NCBI GenBank assembly: GCA_965219925.1
Contig: OZ244795.1
Coordinates: 1,981,622 to 2,045,621, forward strand
Origin: Dehalococcoidia bacterium
Lineage (GTDB): Bacteria > Chloroflexota > Dehalococcoidia > Lucifugimonadales > UBA3495
Length of the DNA: 64,000 bases
Reading direction: 5' to 3'
Positions 1 through 9,184 of this stretch are shown piece by piece. The notes under the pieces were generated by a model. That model did no database searches. It was not told the origin of the DNA and saw only the letters and a program-made list of their open reading frames with translations. Numbering within the stretch: the first letter of the stretch is position 1; every line of letters starts with the position of its first letter. Both the position numbers and the translations under genes were made by a program.

Positions 1-95
1 AGGTCGATGTGGCCGACACAACGGGCCAACAGGTACGACGCAGGGATGGCTCCCAGGGCGTAGGCGGAGATGCAGAGCAGGATGAGAGTGAACAT
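1..95 (-). CDS. plsY: Glycerol-3-phosphate acyltransferase PlsY, 5' part only (runs off window)
   Basis: Manual translation from ATG at 95: MFTLILLCISAYALGAIPASYLLARCVGHIDL, matching the PlsY N-terminal Y-x-LG-[SA]-IP...IDL motif; not in the ORF track. Confidence 0.75.
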   Translation of the reverse strand, partial: MFTLILLCISAYALGAIPASYLLARCVGHID

Positions 96-148
96 GATTC
101 CGCCGGCGGTTTAGCGGGACAGAACGGGTCAGCCGCAAGGAATTGGAA

Positions 149-1027
149 TCAGGGGCGGGCCGCGGCCAACCTGCGGGCGGCTTCCTCAAGGCGTTCCACC
201 GATTCCATGGGAGGGCCGTTTACGCCGGGCACCGGTTCTCGGGCATTGCCGCTGTGGTGATAGTCGCTGCCGCCGCAGGGAATCAGGTCGTAGGCGCGGG
301 CCACATCCGCCAGCCAGTCCACTGTTGCCTCGTCATACATGGAGTAGTGCACTTCCATACCGTGCAGGCCGGCAGCCTTGAGTTCTTCCACCGTTTCGAT
401 GAGTGATTGTTCAGGCTCCGGCTCGTTGCCGCGGCGTTCAAACCAGGGGTGGGCGAAAACAGCGACGCCACCCACATCGTTGAGGAGTTTTACGGCGTCC
501 GGTGGGGTCAACTTGGAACGTTCGACGTAGGCTTTGCCGTTTCGACCCAAATACTCCCGAAACGCATCGCCGGGTTCGCTAAAGTAGCCAGCTTCGACCA
601 GCGCCTGAGCGACGTGGGGACGGCCTACGGAGGCATCGCCGGCGATTTCCAGCACGCGTTGCCATTCAATGTGCATCCCGAATTCAGCGAGTTTGTGAAC
701 CATGCCTTCACCGCGGGCCAGGCGACCCTGCCGAAACCCGACCAGCACCTCCTGGAAGCCAGGGTCTTCGATATCCATGAAGTAGCCCAGCATGTGCACT
801 TCCCCGCCGGGAACGTCGCAACTCAGTTCTATCCCGGGGATCAGGCGCATGCCTGGTATGCGGTCGACCGCCAGTTGGGCTTCTGCCAGGCCTGCCGTAG
901 TGTCGTGATCGGACACAGAGATGGTTTGCAATCCGCTGGACGCAGCGAGCTGCACCAGTTCAGTGGGAGTCAGACGCCCATCGGAGGCGGTGGTGTGAAG
1001 ATGGAGGTCAACGGTAATCGGCATCAT
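149..1027 (-). CDS. PHP-domain phosphoesterase (TrpH/YciV-like)
   Basis: DLHLHTTASDG, SDHDT, GIELS, HMLGY, GRPH, AHP and GGSDYH metal-binding motifs. Confidence 0.9.
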   Translation of the reverse strand: MMPITVDLHLHTTASDGRLTPTELVQLAASSGLQTISVSDHDTTAGLAEAQLAVDRIPGMRLIPGIELSCDVPGGEVHMLGYFMDIEDPGFQEVLVGFRQGRLARGEGMVHKLAEFGMHIEWQRVLEIAGDASVGRPHVAQALVEAGYFSEPGDAFREYLGRNGKAYVERSKLTPPDAVKLLNDVGGVAVFAHPWFERRGNEPEPEQSLIETVEELKAAGLHGMEVHYSMYDEATVDWLADVARAYDLIPCGGSDYHHSGNAREPVPGVNGPPMESVERLEEAARRLAAARP

Positions 1028-1057
1028 TTCTCCGTGGTGATATTCGGCGGGTTGGGG

Positions 1058-1831
1058 TTAGTCGACGGCGCGGTCGATGCGTACGATGTTGGTGGCGCGG
1101 CCGGTAGCATCGTCGATATCGATCAGCACCGAGTTCAGGATACATGGGCCGGAAGCCGGTTCGAATCGCTGGGGCAATCCGGTGCGGAAACGTTCCAGGA
1201 CAGGAGCCCGTTCAGTCCCGATAACCGAGTCGACGGGGCCGGTCATTCCCAAATCGCTGACGTAAGCCGTGCCGCCGGGCAATATGCGGCTATCGGCGGT
1301 GCCGACGTGGGTGTGCGTGCCAACCACAGCGCTGACCCTGCCGTCCAAATACCAGCCCAATCCCTGTTTCTCGGAAGTGGCTTCGGCGTGGAAATCGACC
1401 AATACCGTTCGGGGAGGCGATCCCAACTCGGCTTCGGCTTCAAGCAGGCGCTTGTCCGCTTCGCGAAAGGGGCAGTCGATGGGCGGCATGAACACACGGC
1501 CCTGGAGGTTCAGAACCATAACGTCGCCGTGCATCAACCAGCCGCGCCCCGGCGCTCCGAAATAGTTGGCGGGGCGCAACAGGGGAAATTCATCGAAGTG
1601 AGGCAGGATTTCCTTTTTGTCCCAAATGTGGTTGCCGGACGTCATTACGTCGACGCCGGCGTTCAGCAGCGCCTGAGCCGTCTTGGGCGTGAGGCCAAAG
1701 CCTCCGGCGGTATTCTCGGCGTTGGCGGTAACCAGGTCGATGTGAAGTTCCTGGCGCAACCTGGGTAGCAGCGCGGCCAAAGTGTTGCGCCCAGGTTTGC
1801 CAATGATGTCGCCAATCATCAGTACGCGCAT
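1058..1831 (-). CDS. ymdB: YmdB-family metallophosphoesterase (2',3'-cyclic nucleotide phosphodiesterase)
   Basis: MIGDIIGKPG, NAEN, TSGNH, RPANY, DFHAEATSEK, GTHTHV, SDLGMTG; start trimmed to MRVLM; classic position downstream of rny. Confidence 0.92.
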   Translation of the reverse strand: MRVLMIGDIIGKPGRNTLAALLPRLRQELHIDLVTANAENTAGGFGLTPKTAQALLNAGVDVMTSGNHIWDKKEILPHFDEFPLLRPANYFGAPGRGWLMHGDVMVLNLQGRVFMPPIDCPFREADKRLLEAEAELGSPPRTVLVDFHAEATSEKQGLGWYLDGRVSAVVGTHTHVGTADSRILPGGTAYVSDLGMTGPVDSVIGTERAPVLERFRTGLPQRFEPASGPCILNSVLIDIDDATGRATNIVRIDRAVD

Positions 1832-1871
1832 CGTGATGATAATCTCCGTTGGGGCTGGCGCAATGGTTCGC

Positions 1872-1918
1872 AAAAAAGCGGGCCCGGAGCGTGTGAGGCA
1901 AGGAGGCTCCGGACCCAC
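1872..1918 (-). terminator. Intrinsic terminator between rny and ymdB
   Basis: Minus strand GTGGGTCCGGAGC...GCTCCGGGCCCGC followed by TTTTTT. Confidence 0.65.
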
Positions 1919-1948
1919 GATGTTGTACCGGGTGAAGTATGCGGTGCG

Positions 1949-3481
1949 CTAGCGGGCTATGCTTTCCTCTCGGGTTTCCCGAATGACCGTAACCTTGATT
2001 TGCCCGGGGAACTGGAGTTCCTGAGAAACTTTGCCGGCGATGTCGCGGGCCAGGCTGGCGCAGGCGATATCATCGACGTCGGTGGGGCTGACCATCACGC
2101 GGACTTCGCGGCCGGCCTGGATGGCAAAAGCTCGCTGGACGCCGGAGAAACTGTTGGCGGTGTCTTCCAGTTCTTTGAGCCGGCGAGTGTACTGTTCGAT
2201 TGACTCCTTGCGGGCGCCGGGCCGAGCGGCGCTGATGCCGTCGGCGGCGGCCACAAGGAAAGATTCGATGCTGGAATGGTCATCGTCGTGGTGTTCCAAC
2301 ACGCAGTGAGTAACGATTGACGCGACACCGTTGCGGGTGGTCAGATCGTAGCCGATTTCAGCGTGGGGGCCGGGAATCTCGTGGGTCATGGCCTTGCCGA
2401 TGTCGTGCAGCAGGCCACCGGCGCGCGCGGTTTGCACGTTGGCGCCGACTTCCGATGCCAACATGCCAGCCAGCAGGCCGACTTCAATGGAATGGGTCAG
2501 CACGTTTTCCCCGTAGCTGTACCGATATTTCAAGCGACCCAGGAGCCGAACCAACTCCGGATCCAGACCGCTGACACCCACCTCGAAGGTGGCTTCTTCA
2601 CCGGCCTTCCACATGGTTTCTTCTATGTCTCTGATGGCGCGGTTTACACTTTCCTCGATACGGGCCGGTTGAATGCGACCGTCCCTGACGAGTTGGGTCA
2701 GCGCCAGTTTGGCGATTTCTCGGCGAACCGGGTCGAAGCAGGAAAGTGTGACAATACCTGGCGTATCGTCAACGATGATGTCGACTCCGGTCTGGGCTTC
2801 GAGAGCCCGTATGTTACGTCCTTCACGGCCGATGAGACGGCCTTTCATCTCATCGTTAGGCAGGGGAACAACAGATGTCGTGCTTTCCGACACTACGTCG
2901 GTAGCCAGACGGTTGATAGCTAATGTGATGATGCGGCGAGCGTTGTCATCTGCTCGGGATTGATGCTCCTTCTCAAGCTCGTAATAACGTCTGGCCAGTT
3001 CGTGCGATGCTTCGTCTTCGCTCCGCTTGAGCACGATGTCTCGGGCTTCATTGATAGTGAGCGATGCGATGCGCTCCAACTCCCGGGTATGCTGTTCTTT
3101 AACATCCTCCGCCTTTTGCAGGGCGGATTGGGCGATTGACTCGCGTCGCTTGATTTCGGATTCCTGGTTGTCGAGCGCCGATGACCGCTGGTCAAGCTGC
3201 TCTTCTTTCTGGATATGGCGACGCTCCATTCGATTGAGTTCGCGTCGTTGACTTTTTATTTCCTGGTCTCCGGCTTCACGGATTTTCAGAGCTTCTTCCT
3301 GGGCTGCCAGTAGGATTCGGCGCTGCTCTTCCTGAGCCTTGGAAACGGATGCGGCAGCTTCCTCTTGGCTGCGTTGGACTTTGTTGCCGTTTTTTCTGGT
3401 GGTAAGCAGTAGCCAGGCCACTGCGATTAATCCTGTTGTTAACCCCGCTGCCGCTAGGACGGACAGGATCATGACTGACAT
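1949..3481 (-). CDS. rny: Ribonuclease Y
   Basis: N-terminal TM helix, coiled coil, KH domain (MKGRLIGREGRNIR), HD domain (LLHDIGKA), C-terminal SAARPGAR / AIQAGREVRV. Confidence 0.97.
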   Translation of the reverse strand: MSVMILSVLAAAGLTTGLIAVAWLLLTTRKNGNKVQRSQEEAAASVSKAQEEQRRILLAAQEEALKIREAGDQEIKSQRRELNRMERRHIQKEEQLDQRSSALDNQESEIKRRESIAQSALQKAEDVKEQHTRELERIASLTINEARDIVLKRSEDEASHELARRYYELEKEHQSRADDNARRIITLAINRLATDVVSESTTSVVPLPNDEMKGRLIGREGRNIRALEAQTGVDIIVDDTPGIVTLSCFDPVRREIAKLALTQLVRDGRIQPARIEESVNRAIRDIEETMWKAGEEATFEVGVSGLDPELVRLLGRLKYRYSYGENVLTHSIEVGLLAGMLASEVGANVQTARAGGLLHDIGKAMTHEIPGPHAEIGYDLTTRNGVASIVTHCVLEHHDDDHSSIESFLVAAADGISAARPGARKESIEQYTRRLKELEDTANSFSGVQRAFAIQAGREVRVMVSPTDVDDIACASLARDIAGKVSQELQFPGQIKVTVIRETREESIAR

Positions 3482-3535
3482 AGGTCCTCCTCAGTCCGTA
3501 CGAGCGAACGCTCGGGATATTTTTGCCCTATTCAC

Positions 3536-3564
3536 ATCGTAAACATGCCTATAGGCAAAGTCAA
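3536..3564 (-). promoter_or_regulatory. sigma70-type promoter for rny with palindrome in spacer
   Basis: TTGACT-17 nt-TACGAT on minus strand; perfect 12-bp palindrome TGCCTATAGGCA at 3546-3557. Confidence 0.55.
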
Positions 3565-3581
3565 GGAACGGCCCGGCTCAC

Positions 3582-3968
3582 CAGGGTCATCCGGTTTTGT
3601 CATTGCGAGCGCAGCGTGGCAATCTCGTCGCCGTAGCAATGGTGATTTGCCGACGTGTGTTCAACCTCAACGAGATTGCCACGTCGCTACGCTCCTCGCA
3701 ATGACAGCCGAGCTGCCCTCCACGCAATGACATGAGGAAAACCAAAAGACCCTGCCGGCTCACAGCAGGGCCTTTTCAAAGTTCTCCGACCTCCGCTCAT
3801 AGTGAGCTTGTAGAACCATCGGCGACCGTTCTTCGACAGGCTCAGGATGGGCGGAGTGGGGGACGGGTTTTTACATGGATGAACAGGATGGACAGAATTG
3901 GAAGAGGCCGAGATTGCCAACCCCCGCATCGAGTACGGGGTCGCAATGACACAGTGGGTACGCGTGAG
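3582..3968. repeat. Composite palindromic repeat cluster (REP/MITE-like mosaic)
   Basis: 109-bp TGTCATTGCGAG...CTCGCAATGACA palindrome (3598-3706) inside CAGGGTC...GACCCTG ends, partial CTTCGACAGGCTCAG element (3766-3860), half palindrome ending in GTGGGTACGCGTGAG. Confidence 0.9.
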
Positions 3969-3984
3969 ACGGCCCTGGAGGACG

Positions 3985-4060
3985 GGGCCGGGTGTGCATC
4001 CAGTGGGGTACGCCGTGATAAAGGGCCGGGTGTGCAGCCAAGGGGGTGCGCCGTGATAAT
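3985..4060 (+). repeat. 38-bp tandem duplication (2 copies) covering a putative promoter
   Basis: GGGCCGGGTGTGCA(T/G)CCA..GGGGT(A/G)CGCCGTGATAA starting at 3985 and 4023. Confidence 0.8.
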
Positions 4061-4109
4061 ATGTCCCGCAGATAATCGGTAGCAGGCAAACTGGCTGGAG
4101 GTTGTTGCG

Positions 4110-5012
4110 ATGGCATCGCATTCCCTGGGACTTTCGCTGCACGAGGCGGCTCGCCGCATGGGCGTTCCCTTTACGGTGGAGAACGAACCCGTTGACCGTT
4201 TCGTCGAGGTTAATGGCATCAACCTGCATTATCTGGAATGGGGAAACACCAACCGCTCCACGATATTGATGCTGCACGGGATCAGCCAGCAGGCCCACAG
4301 TTGGGATTTCATAAGCCTGCCGCTGTCGGTGGATTACCGGGTGATTGCGCTGGATCAGCGGGGGCACGGCGACAGCGACTGGTCGCCGAACGGGAACTAC
4401 TCCACCGACATTTACGTGGGTGATATCGAAGGGTTCGTCGGCGCGATGGGGTTGGAAAATTTCCACCTGATGGGGCATTCCATGGGCGGACGCAACAGCC
4501 TGGCGTGGGCATCCGGACGGCCCGGGGTCCTGAAATCGTTGACGATCGTGGACACCGGCCCTGAAACGCAGCGGCGGGGCCAGAATCGCATCCAGCAGTT
4601 TCGCGAGTTGCCGGACGAACTCGACACGCTGGATGAATTTGCCTCTCGGGTGATGGAATATACCGGCCGTAACCGCGAGCAGACCATGGGTGCGCTGAAG
4701 TACAGCATCCGGCAGCGGCAGGACGGAAAATGGACCTGGAAGTACGACAAAGCGATGCGGGTTAGCGGATTCCGCGCCCCAACCTGGACGCCTGATCAAC
4801 TGTGGGACGGATGGCGGAAGATAGATTGTCCCGCGTTGGTGGTCAGAGGAGCGCGCAGCGATATTTTCGCTGACGAGACCATGGTTCGCATGGCGGAGGA
4901 ACATTGGGACTGCACCACCGTAACGGTAGAGAACGCGGGTCACCTGGTGCAGGGCGACAATCCGCCGGACTTTCTGGCGGCGGTGCAGGGTTTGCTGTCC
5001 CGGTTTGAGTAG
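4110..5012 (+). CDS. Alpha/beta fold hydrolase
   Basis: LHG oxyanion motif, DQRGHGDS, GHSMGG nucleophile elbow, AGH catalytic His. Confidence 0.92.
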   Translation: MASHSLGLSLHEAARRMGVPFTVENEPVDRFVEVNGINLHYLEWGNTNRSTILMLHGISQQAHSWDFISLPLSVDYRVIALDQRGHGDSDWSPNGNYSTDIYVGDIEGFVGAMGLENFHLMGHSMGGRNSLAWASGRPGVLKSLTIVDTGPETQRRGQNRIQQFRELPDELDTLDEFASRVMEYTGRNREQTMGALKYSIRQRQDGKWTWKYDKAMRVSGFRAPTWTPDQLWDGWRKIDCPALVVRGARSDIFADETMVRMAEEHWDCTTVTVENAGHLVQGDNPPDFLAAVQGLLSRFE

Positions 5013-5029
5013 TCGGATAGTTTCAGGCG

Positions 5030-5575
5030 ATGTTCTGGAGCAGTTCAGCCTGCCGTGATTGCGGTCGGCCGCTTTCCGGTCGTGGGCCGCGCTGCTCCGA
5101 CTGCTATCGTGCGTTTCGCAGTAGGCAGTTCAGTCGCAATTGGCATGAGCCTGAGCGTTTGGAAGGGCAGGAAGCGCGAGATCGGGAGTTGGGTCGCACA
5201 GCGTTCTTTGTGTACGTGCTGGCCACCCATTATGGGCATTACGTAGGGCATACTTCCAATGTGAACGCCCGTGTGCGGTGGCATCAAGCGAATGAAGTTC
5301 CATCAACGTCCGGGGGAAATCCAGCGCTGATGTGGCGTTCCAGACTACTGCACAGTCGTGAGGATGCGGCCAGGTTTGAGGCGGCTATGAAGTCGTGGCG
5401 AGATTCGGGGTCGCCGCGTTACCGGGAAACTACCGGGTTTGACCCGATACCGTTTTCTGATTTGCGCAGCCGAAGGCAGCAGGCAGGCAGTATCGCGTCG
5501 CGCGGTGGCTGCCTGGCATTGCCGGTATTGGGGTTGGGGGCGCTGGCTCTTGCGCTGGCGGTGTTGATCGGCTGA
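5030..5575 (+). CDS. GIY-YIG nuclease-family protein with N-terminal CxxC-CxxC Zn finger and C-terminal TM helix
   Basis: FVYVL...YVGHTSNVNARVRWH...SREDAARFEAAMK GIY-YIG pattern; CRDC/CSDC; hydrophobic C-terminus. Confidence 0.7.
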   Translation: MFWSSSACRDCGRPLSGRGPRCSDCYRAFRSRQFSRNWHEPERLEGQEARDRELGRTAFFVYVLATHYGHYVGHTSNVNARVRWHQANEVPSTSGGNPALMWRSRLLHSREDAARFEAAMKSWRDSGSPRYRETTGFDPIPFSDLRSRRQQAGSIASRGGCLALPVLGLGALALALAVLIG

Positions 5576-5660
5576 GCCGACCGGAGATAACGCCGGCCGC
5601 TCTCGCCAAAATGTTTACCTTTGATGGACAAGAGGCCGGAATGAGAGGGAACACCGTCGT

Positions 5661-6911
5661 TCAGAAGCCCAGCAAGCGGGGCAGGATTTCGCCCAGCGCG
5701 TAGCCCAATGCGGCCGAGGCGGCGCCGATCCCCAAGATCTCCAGTCCCTGCAACAGCGGCGATTTGCGCACGATCCGCCCTTTTGCCAAACCCAAGCCAA
5801 AGAGGCCGGCCAGGGACAATCCGATGGACGAGGCGATGGCGGTTGGGCTGACATCCAGCGCCAGATAGGGCGCTATCGGCAGTATTGCCGAGAGACCGAA
5901 GGAAACTCCCATTACGGCGGCGTCTTTGAAGGGGCTGCCGTGAACGTCCGGCGTGATGCCCAGTTCCTTTTCCAGGAGGGTATTGATCCACATCGTCTTG
6001 TCCTGGGCGATGTCATTGGCCAGGCGCATGGCGTTTTCGTAAGTTTGCCCTTCGCGCTGCAACAGGATGACCAGTTCGGCGAATTCCTCGGCGGGTTTCT
6101 CTTCCAGCTCCCGCATTTCACGGGCAATTTCGGTGTCGCGGACGTCCTGCTCGGCGCGGGACCCCAGATATGCGCCGGCGGCCATGCTGATGACGCCGGC
6201 GGTGGCGGCGGCCAGGCCGGCAACCAGCACGGTGGACGTGTCGCCCACGGCGGCGGCAACGGATGTCGTGAGGGCCACGGTGCTGATGATGCCGTCCTGC
6301 GCGCCAAACACCACCTCGCGCAGGCGTCCCAGGTTGGCGACGCGTAGAGGCTCGCGGTCAACCTCCATAGTGGCGGCAATGTAGGTGTCAAGGTCGGGCT
6401 CGGGCGTTGATACGGCGGGCGTCGCAGATGCTTCGGATTGAGCCGGATTCGTTCTGTTGATCGCGGAGGAGACAGCGGGCGCCGCTTCAGAAAATGAGAG
6501 GGATTGCAACGCTGCGAGCGCATTGGCAAACGCGGTTTGGTGGAGTTTCTCACGCTCCATGGCCAGGGTGAATGCGCGAACGGCATCGGTGCGGCGCTCA
6601 GCCTGGGCTTCCCGAATCATGCGCGGATAGGTGCGGGAATATTCGCGGGTTTCCGCGGCCATCACCTGCTTGAGGTTGGACTCGGTATCGGAAATATCTC
6701 CGGCGACCCTGAGATGGGTGATTCCATGAATGGTTTCTGCGCCGGCAACCTCCTGAAAGACCTGGGCTACCTCCGGCATTCCTTCTTCCATTGCTTTCTG
6801 GGCGTATGCCGAGTAGGTGAGATTAGCCAACGCCTCGGAAACAATGGCTTGCCACAGGTTGCGGTCGGTTGGCGAAAGCGAGGTTACATCCGGGGAAGAA
6901 TTGGTAGTCAT
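5661..6911 (-). CDS. Rubrerythrin (ferritin-like di-iron) domain fused to VIT1/CCC1 iron transporter (MbfA-like architecture)
   Basis: N-term E..A...Y...A.KA.EEG...ETIH / TESNL...E..E...YP...EKLH; C-term REVVFGAQDGIIST, AGVISMAAGAYLG; start trimmed to MTTNSS. Confidence 0.85.
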   Translation of the reverse strand: MTTNSSPDVTSLSPTDRNLWQAIVSEALANLTYSAYAQKAMEEGMPEVAQVFQEVAGAETIHGITHLRVAGDISDTESNLKQVMAAETREYSRTYPRMIREAQAERRTDAVRAFTLAMEREKLHQTAFANALAALQSLSFSEAAPAVSSAINRTNPAQSEASATPAVSTPEPDLDTYIAATMEVDREPLRVANLGRLREVVFGAQDGIISTVALTTSVAAAVGDTSTVLVAGLAAATAGVISMAAGAYLGSRAEQDVRDTEIAREMRELEEKPAEEFAELVILLQREGQTYENAMRLANDIAQDKTMWINTLLEKELGITPDVHGSPFKDAAVMGVSFGLSAILPIAPYLALDVSPTAIASSIGLSLAGLFGLGLAKGRIVRKSPLLQGLEILGIGAASAALGYALGEILPRLLGF

Positions 6912-7036
6912 TGCGCTGCCATCCCAGTACGAATTGTGGCGCGGATTCGACGGGCCCGGCCGGTTGCCGTCGGATGCCGAGATTCCTGCGCTGGCGAGGG
7001 GCGACCATCCCCGGCATGATTCGCCGGTACGTGGGT

Positions 7037-7432
7037 TTAGATCCGGGGAGAAGCGTGGTGAGCGACCACCAACCAGCGATCGCCAGCGCGCGCAAAAATG
7101 TTGGTGGACAGGACGCCGAACCCCTGGGCCTGACCGCCGACGACGCTGGTGATGCTCTCGACACAGGTTACAAACCCGCAATCGCCCTCGACTCCAACGT
7201 TTATATAGTGAATATTGAAGTGCATCAAGGCGGCGCCGTTGAAGATGCTTTGCCAGGATCGCCGGATATCGTTCCACCCCACGATGGGTTGCCATCCCGG
7301 GTGTATGCACAGGGCACGGGTGGATTGTTCGCACACCGCGTCCATTTCGGAAATGTCGAGGGAGCCAAAGGCGTCATAGAAAAGCTGATTGGAAATTTTC
7401 AGGGCTTCGATGTCGTCGAGATGGGAAGTCAT
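7037..7432 (-). CDS. SnoaL-like / NTF2-like protein
   Basis: N..FY.AF...D...M, CIHPGW..I.GW..IR.SW..IF, VTCVE, TNIF, W.VV.HHAS. Confidence 0.82.
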   Translation of the reverse strand: MTSHLDDIEALKISNQLFYDAFGSLDISEMDAVCEQSTRALCIHPGWQPIVGWNDIRRSWQSIFNGAALMHFNIHYINVGVEGDCGFVTCVESITSVVGGQAQGFGVLSTNIFARAGDRWLVVAHHASPRI

Positions 7433-7451
7433 TTGGCAAGTCCAAACCGGG

Positions 7452-8297
7452 TTATGCCAGCAGTTTGCCGGCGAAGTCGTCCAATTGTCGCAAGGCCGCA
7501 TCGCGTGGCGCGCTTTCAGCGAACACCATGGCGCGGGAGGCTCCGGCGTCTTCGTAAGCTTTCAGCAGTTCTGGGTCAGCCGGTTGGCCGAACACCGACA
7601 CTTCTATGGAATCGGGATCGCGTCCGGCCTCTACGGCCATGCGTTGGATTTCCTCTTTGCCCTCACGGAGCTCTTCAGGGGTGATGCGGTTGGGCATCCA
7701 GCCATCGCCCCAGGATACGACGCGCCGGAATACGTTTTTCGCGCGGCCACCGATGAGAACCGGCGGGTGAGGTTTTTGTACCGGCTTGGGCGCGGAATAT
7801 ATTGGTGGAAAGTCGATGTGACGACCGTGGAACTCGCCGACTTCCTTGGTCCAGAGTTCCTTCATGGCCTGGATCGATTCTCGGGTGTAACCGACACGCT
7901 GAGGGAAATCTACGCCGAACAGCTCGGTTTCTTCCCGCAGCCAACCGGTGCCAATGCCGAAGAGGAAGCGCCCTCCGCTGAAGTAATCAAGAGTGGCGAT
8001 CTCTTTGGCGAGCAGGATGGGGTTGCGCTCCGGCACCAGGCAGATACCGGTACCGAGTTTCATCGTGGACGTTACGGCGGAAGCGCGTCCCAGGGCAACG
8101 AAAGGGTCAACACACTCGTAGTACATCTGGGGGATGGCGCCGTCGGGAGAGCCCGGCCAGGGGGATTTCGGGCCGGCTGGAATGGCCGGATGTTCCGGGA
8201 CCCAAAGGGACTCAAACCCGTGGCCTTCGCATGCTTGCGCCAATTCGGCGATGTCGATGGAAGATTGGGTCACAAACATTGCGATGCCGATATTCAT
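7452..8297 (-). CDS. LLM-class (probably F420-dependent) oxidoreductase, Rv2161c-like
   Basis: GFESLWVPEH, DPFVAL, LGTGICLVPERNP, SGGRFLFGIG.GW, PKPVQKPHPPVLIGG. Confidence 0.9.
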   Translation of the reverse strand: MNIGIAMFVTQSSIDIAELAQACEGHGFESLWVPEHPAIPAGPKSPWPGSPDGAIPQMYYECVDPFVALGRASAVTSTMKLGTGICLVPERNPILLAKEIATLDYFSGGRFLFGIGTGWLREETELFGVDFPQRVGYTRESIQAMKELWTKEVGEFHGRHIDFPPIYSAPKPVQKPHPPVLIGGRAKNVFRRVVSWGDGWMPNRITPEELREGKEEIQRMAVEAGRDPDSIEVSVFGQPADPELLKAYEDAGASRAMVFAESAPRDAALRQLDDFAGKLLA

Positions 8298-8374
8298 GGG
8301 CGTCAACCTTTTTCAGTGGGAGGGTAATCCAGTGGCCTTAGACAAAAGGAACTGGAATGAGCTCGATTATAACA

Positions 8375-8417
8375 AACGAACGGGGCCGGAACCGGATTGC
8401 TCCAGCTCCGACCCCGG
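8375..8417 (-). terminator. Probable intrinsic terminator after NIPSNAP gene
   Basis: Minus strand CGGGGTCGGAGCTGGA...TCCGGTTCCGGCCCCG then TTCGTTT. Confidence 0.5.
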
Positions 8418-8441
8418 ATTGGTAACGGGGGTTGGCGATGG

Positions 8442-9059
8442 CTACGCCTGGGGCGAAAACGCTGCCGGGACCAGGATTTTCACTTCCTGGCCGACGAGGA
8501 ATTCGCGGGTTGGCGGCGGCCAATGGGGGGAGGCCGATGCCGCGGCGCGAGTCTTGTCGCGTTCACCCAGGTCTGCGTAGGGCCAGATGTGCACCCACTT
8601 GTTGAGCCCGCCAAATTCGCTGTACATGCCGGCGGCGAGTGGTGAGAACTTTTCGCGGTGTTCGATGGCGGCGGACCAGATGTCAATCACCTTGGGCATC
8701 GTGCCGTTCTGGTACTCATAGATCCGCATTTCGTACACGTTGCCCAGCTTCTGTCCGCCGCCCATAGGCCGCATGAATGGAGCCGGGTGGTAGATTTCGG
8801 ATTCCATGTGCAGGATGGTGTTCTGGCTATCCGGGGGCCAGTTGGGGTCCTTGCCGGCCGCGGCGCGCACTTCGGCGCGTTCATCCAGGCTTTCGTAGGG
8901 CCAGATGTGGATAACCTGGTTCAGCGGGCCAATCTCGGTATGGAAGAACGCTGCCAGTTTGGAATACTTTTCCCGGTGGGGTAGAGCCTCGGCGAAGGCA
9001 TCTTCAAAGATGGGAACTCCGCCGGGCTTGAGGTCGTAAGTCCGGACTTCGTAGATCAT
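8442..9059 (-). CDS. NIPSNAP family protein (two tandem domains)
   Basis: Two repeats YE.R.Y...G...TE.G.LN...HIWPY..L.ER...R. Confidence 0.92.
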   Translation of the reverse strand: MIYEVRTYDLKPGGVPIFEDAFAEALPHREKYSKLAAFFHTEIGPLNQVIHIWPYESLDERAEVRAAAGKDPNWPPDSQNTILHMESEIYHPAPFMRPMGGGQKLGNVYEMRIYEYQNGTMPKVIDIWSAAIEHREKFSPLAAGMYSEFGGLNKWVHIWPYADLGERDKTRAAASASPHWPPPTREFLVGQEVKILVPAAFSPQA

Positions 9060-9184
9060 AATTGCCGCACCTCCGTTCGTGCCGTGTTGCGCCGGCGACG
9101 CCTGATGGGCGTTACAAACATGGATGGCCGCCGGCGTAAGCAGTCTAGCAGAGTAACATAAGCAGCGGCAAGGACGGGTTACGC

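Noticed and set aside
407-1768. Long antisense/alternate-frame ORFs (e.g. 407-1768, 3687-4943, 9449-10741, 43309-44601, 59344-60369)
   Set aside because: Shadow ORFs opposite well-supported genes in high-GC DNA; no recognisable motifs
3582-3968. Repeat clusters as a CRISPR array
   Set aside because: No regularly spaced identical repeats with unique spacers and no cas genes
3545-4082. Short ORFs over repeat clusters (also 9319-9606, 12455-12688, 24249-24542, 44541-44832)
   Set aside because: Translations of the palindromic repeats (CHCERS/VIASAAWQS-type peptides), not genes
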